Source: an uncultured Pseudomonadota bacterium (GTDB lineage Bacteria > Babelota > Babeliae > Babelales > JAUPTZ01). From it: DNA of 64,000 nucleotides. The notes below the pieces were generated by a model. That model made no database searches. It saw only the letters and a program-made list of their open reading frames with translations, and was not told the origin of the DNA. Each line of letters begins with the position of its first letter. The first letter of the stretch is position 1. The DNA lies in contig CAYSBJ010000002.1 of NCBI GenBank assembly GCA_964429275.1, positions 176,245 to 240,244 on the forward strand, in the 5' to 3' direction. Position numbers and translations under genes: made by a program. This document shows positions 63,238 to 64,000 of the stretch, piece after piece.

Positions 63238-63738
63238 ATGCAAGAACCAATTATATTACTTGGCGTTGATCCTGGCCTGCGGATAACCGGCTTTGCCGTG
63301 GCTCGTGTACAGGCAGGGCGCACTTCTATTTTTGATTATGGCTATCTCAGCATGCCATCAACTGAATCGATTCCAGCTCGTGTTGCACGCTTTTATGCTT
63401 TTATGACCGAAAAAATTATCGTGCATAAAGTGACACATTTAGCCATTGAAACACCATTCTTGGGTAAAAACGCGCAAACTTTTGTAAAGCTTGGTTATCT
63501 GCGGTCAATTCTATATTTGCTCAGCGAGCAGCATAAATTACAACTTCATGAGCTTGCGCCATGTCATGTTAAACAGGCAGTAACCGGCTATGGTAAGGCA
63601 AGCAAGGAACAAGTCGCAACGGTTATGGCGACCCTATTTCCAGCGCTGAAGACGCTGGGGGCAAGTGTTAAAGAAGACGTAACTGATGCTATAGCAATAT
63701 GCATGGCAGGACTTGCGGCCTCATCGCGCGCTTATTAG
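63238..63738 (+). CDS. ruvC: Holliday junction resolvase RuvC.
   Basis: ILLGVDPGLRITGFAV and EDVTDAIAICMAG motifs. AAGGAG lies 6 nt upstream of the ATG at 63238. Confidence 0.9.
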   Translation: MQEPIILLGVDPGLRITGFAVARVQAGRTSIFDYGYLSMPSTESIPARVARFYAFMTEKIIVHKVTHLAIETPFLGKNAQTFVKLGYLRSILYLLSEQHKLQLHELAPCHVKQAVTGYGKASKEQVATVMATLFPALKTLGASVKEDVTDAIAICMAGLAASSRAY

Positions 63739-64000
63739 CGCCTGACTGTTGTTGTTACGCCGCGCATGCGATTGAATGATTTTTGCGCGTCTTCATGTCC
63801 GCGTTGAGCGGCGGCCATATAAAACTTTGTCGCTTGAATAAAGTTTTTTGTCATTCCATACCCATGCTCATGCATAGTTCCCAAGTGATACAATGCATCA
63901 GCATGACCCTGCGCTGCCGCCCGAGAGAACCAAGAAGATGCTTGATGAAAATCTTGTTCGACGTGATCGCCGGCAAAAAACATTGCGCCTATATTACACT
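63735..64000 (-). CDS. Sel1-repeat (TPR-like) protein, 5' partial because the frame runs off the window.
   Basis: AASWFSRAAAQGHADALYHLGTMHEHGYGMTKNFIQATKFYMAAAQRGHEDAQ is a classical SEL1 repeat pattern. Confidence 0.8.
   Translation of the reverse strand, partial: CNIGAMFFAGDHVEQDFHQASSWFSRAAAQGHADALYHLGTMHEHGYGMTKNFIQATKFYMAAAQRGHEDAQKSFNRMRGVTTTVRR

Overview
This is a 64 kb bacterial chromosome segment, mid-40s % GC by eye, densely coding with clear Shine-Dalgarno sites. All calls come from reading the supplied translations and DNA by eye; no searches were run, so family names rest on remembered motifs.

Housekeeping genes:
- tsf-frr
- rpmF-plsX-(TPR protein)-acpP
- ftsK and a murF-like ligase
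- a LolC/E-type permease
- three tandem brnQ paralogs
- ileS, lnt, and rplI-dnaB-ruvC

Accessory content, which is unusually large and envelope- or host-oriented:
1. Eight paralogous beta-barrel outer-membrane proteins, all on the minus strand between 11.8 and 35.7 kb. One of them is translationally coupled to a 2065-aa secreted repeat protein.
2. Five orphan ABC-type substrate-binding-fold proteins with no permease or ATPase nearby; three lack a signal peptide.
3. An ATAD3-like membrane AAA+ ATPase coupled to a 622-aa unknown protein.
4. Three secreted proteins, one with eukaryote-like G/S/Y and D/F/G low-complexity domains.
5. A minor-pilin-like operon overlapping lnt.
6. An AAA-ATPase/PD-(D/E)XK gene inserted in the porin array beside a palindromic MITE-like element that has a second, inverted copy at 0.74 kb.
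7. A J-domain protein, a Sel1-repeat protein, and a secreted protein with a polylysine tail.

The missing expected neighbours (pyrH, rpsB, fab genes, lolD) and the effector-like proteins suggest a reduced, possibly host-associated diderm. That is inference only. A 556-bp GC-rich gap at 28.2-28.75 kb remains unexplained and may encode a structured RNA.
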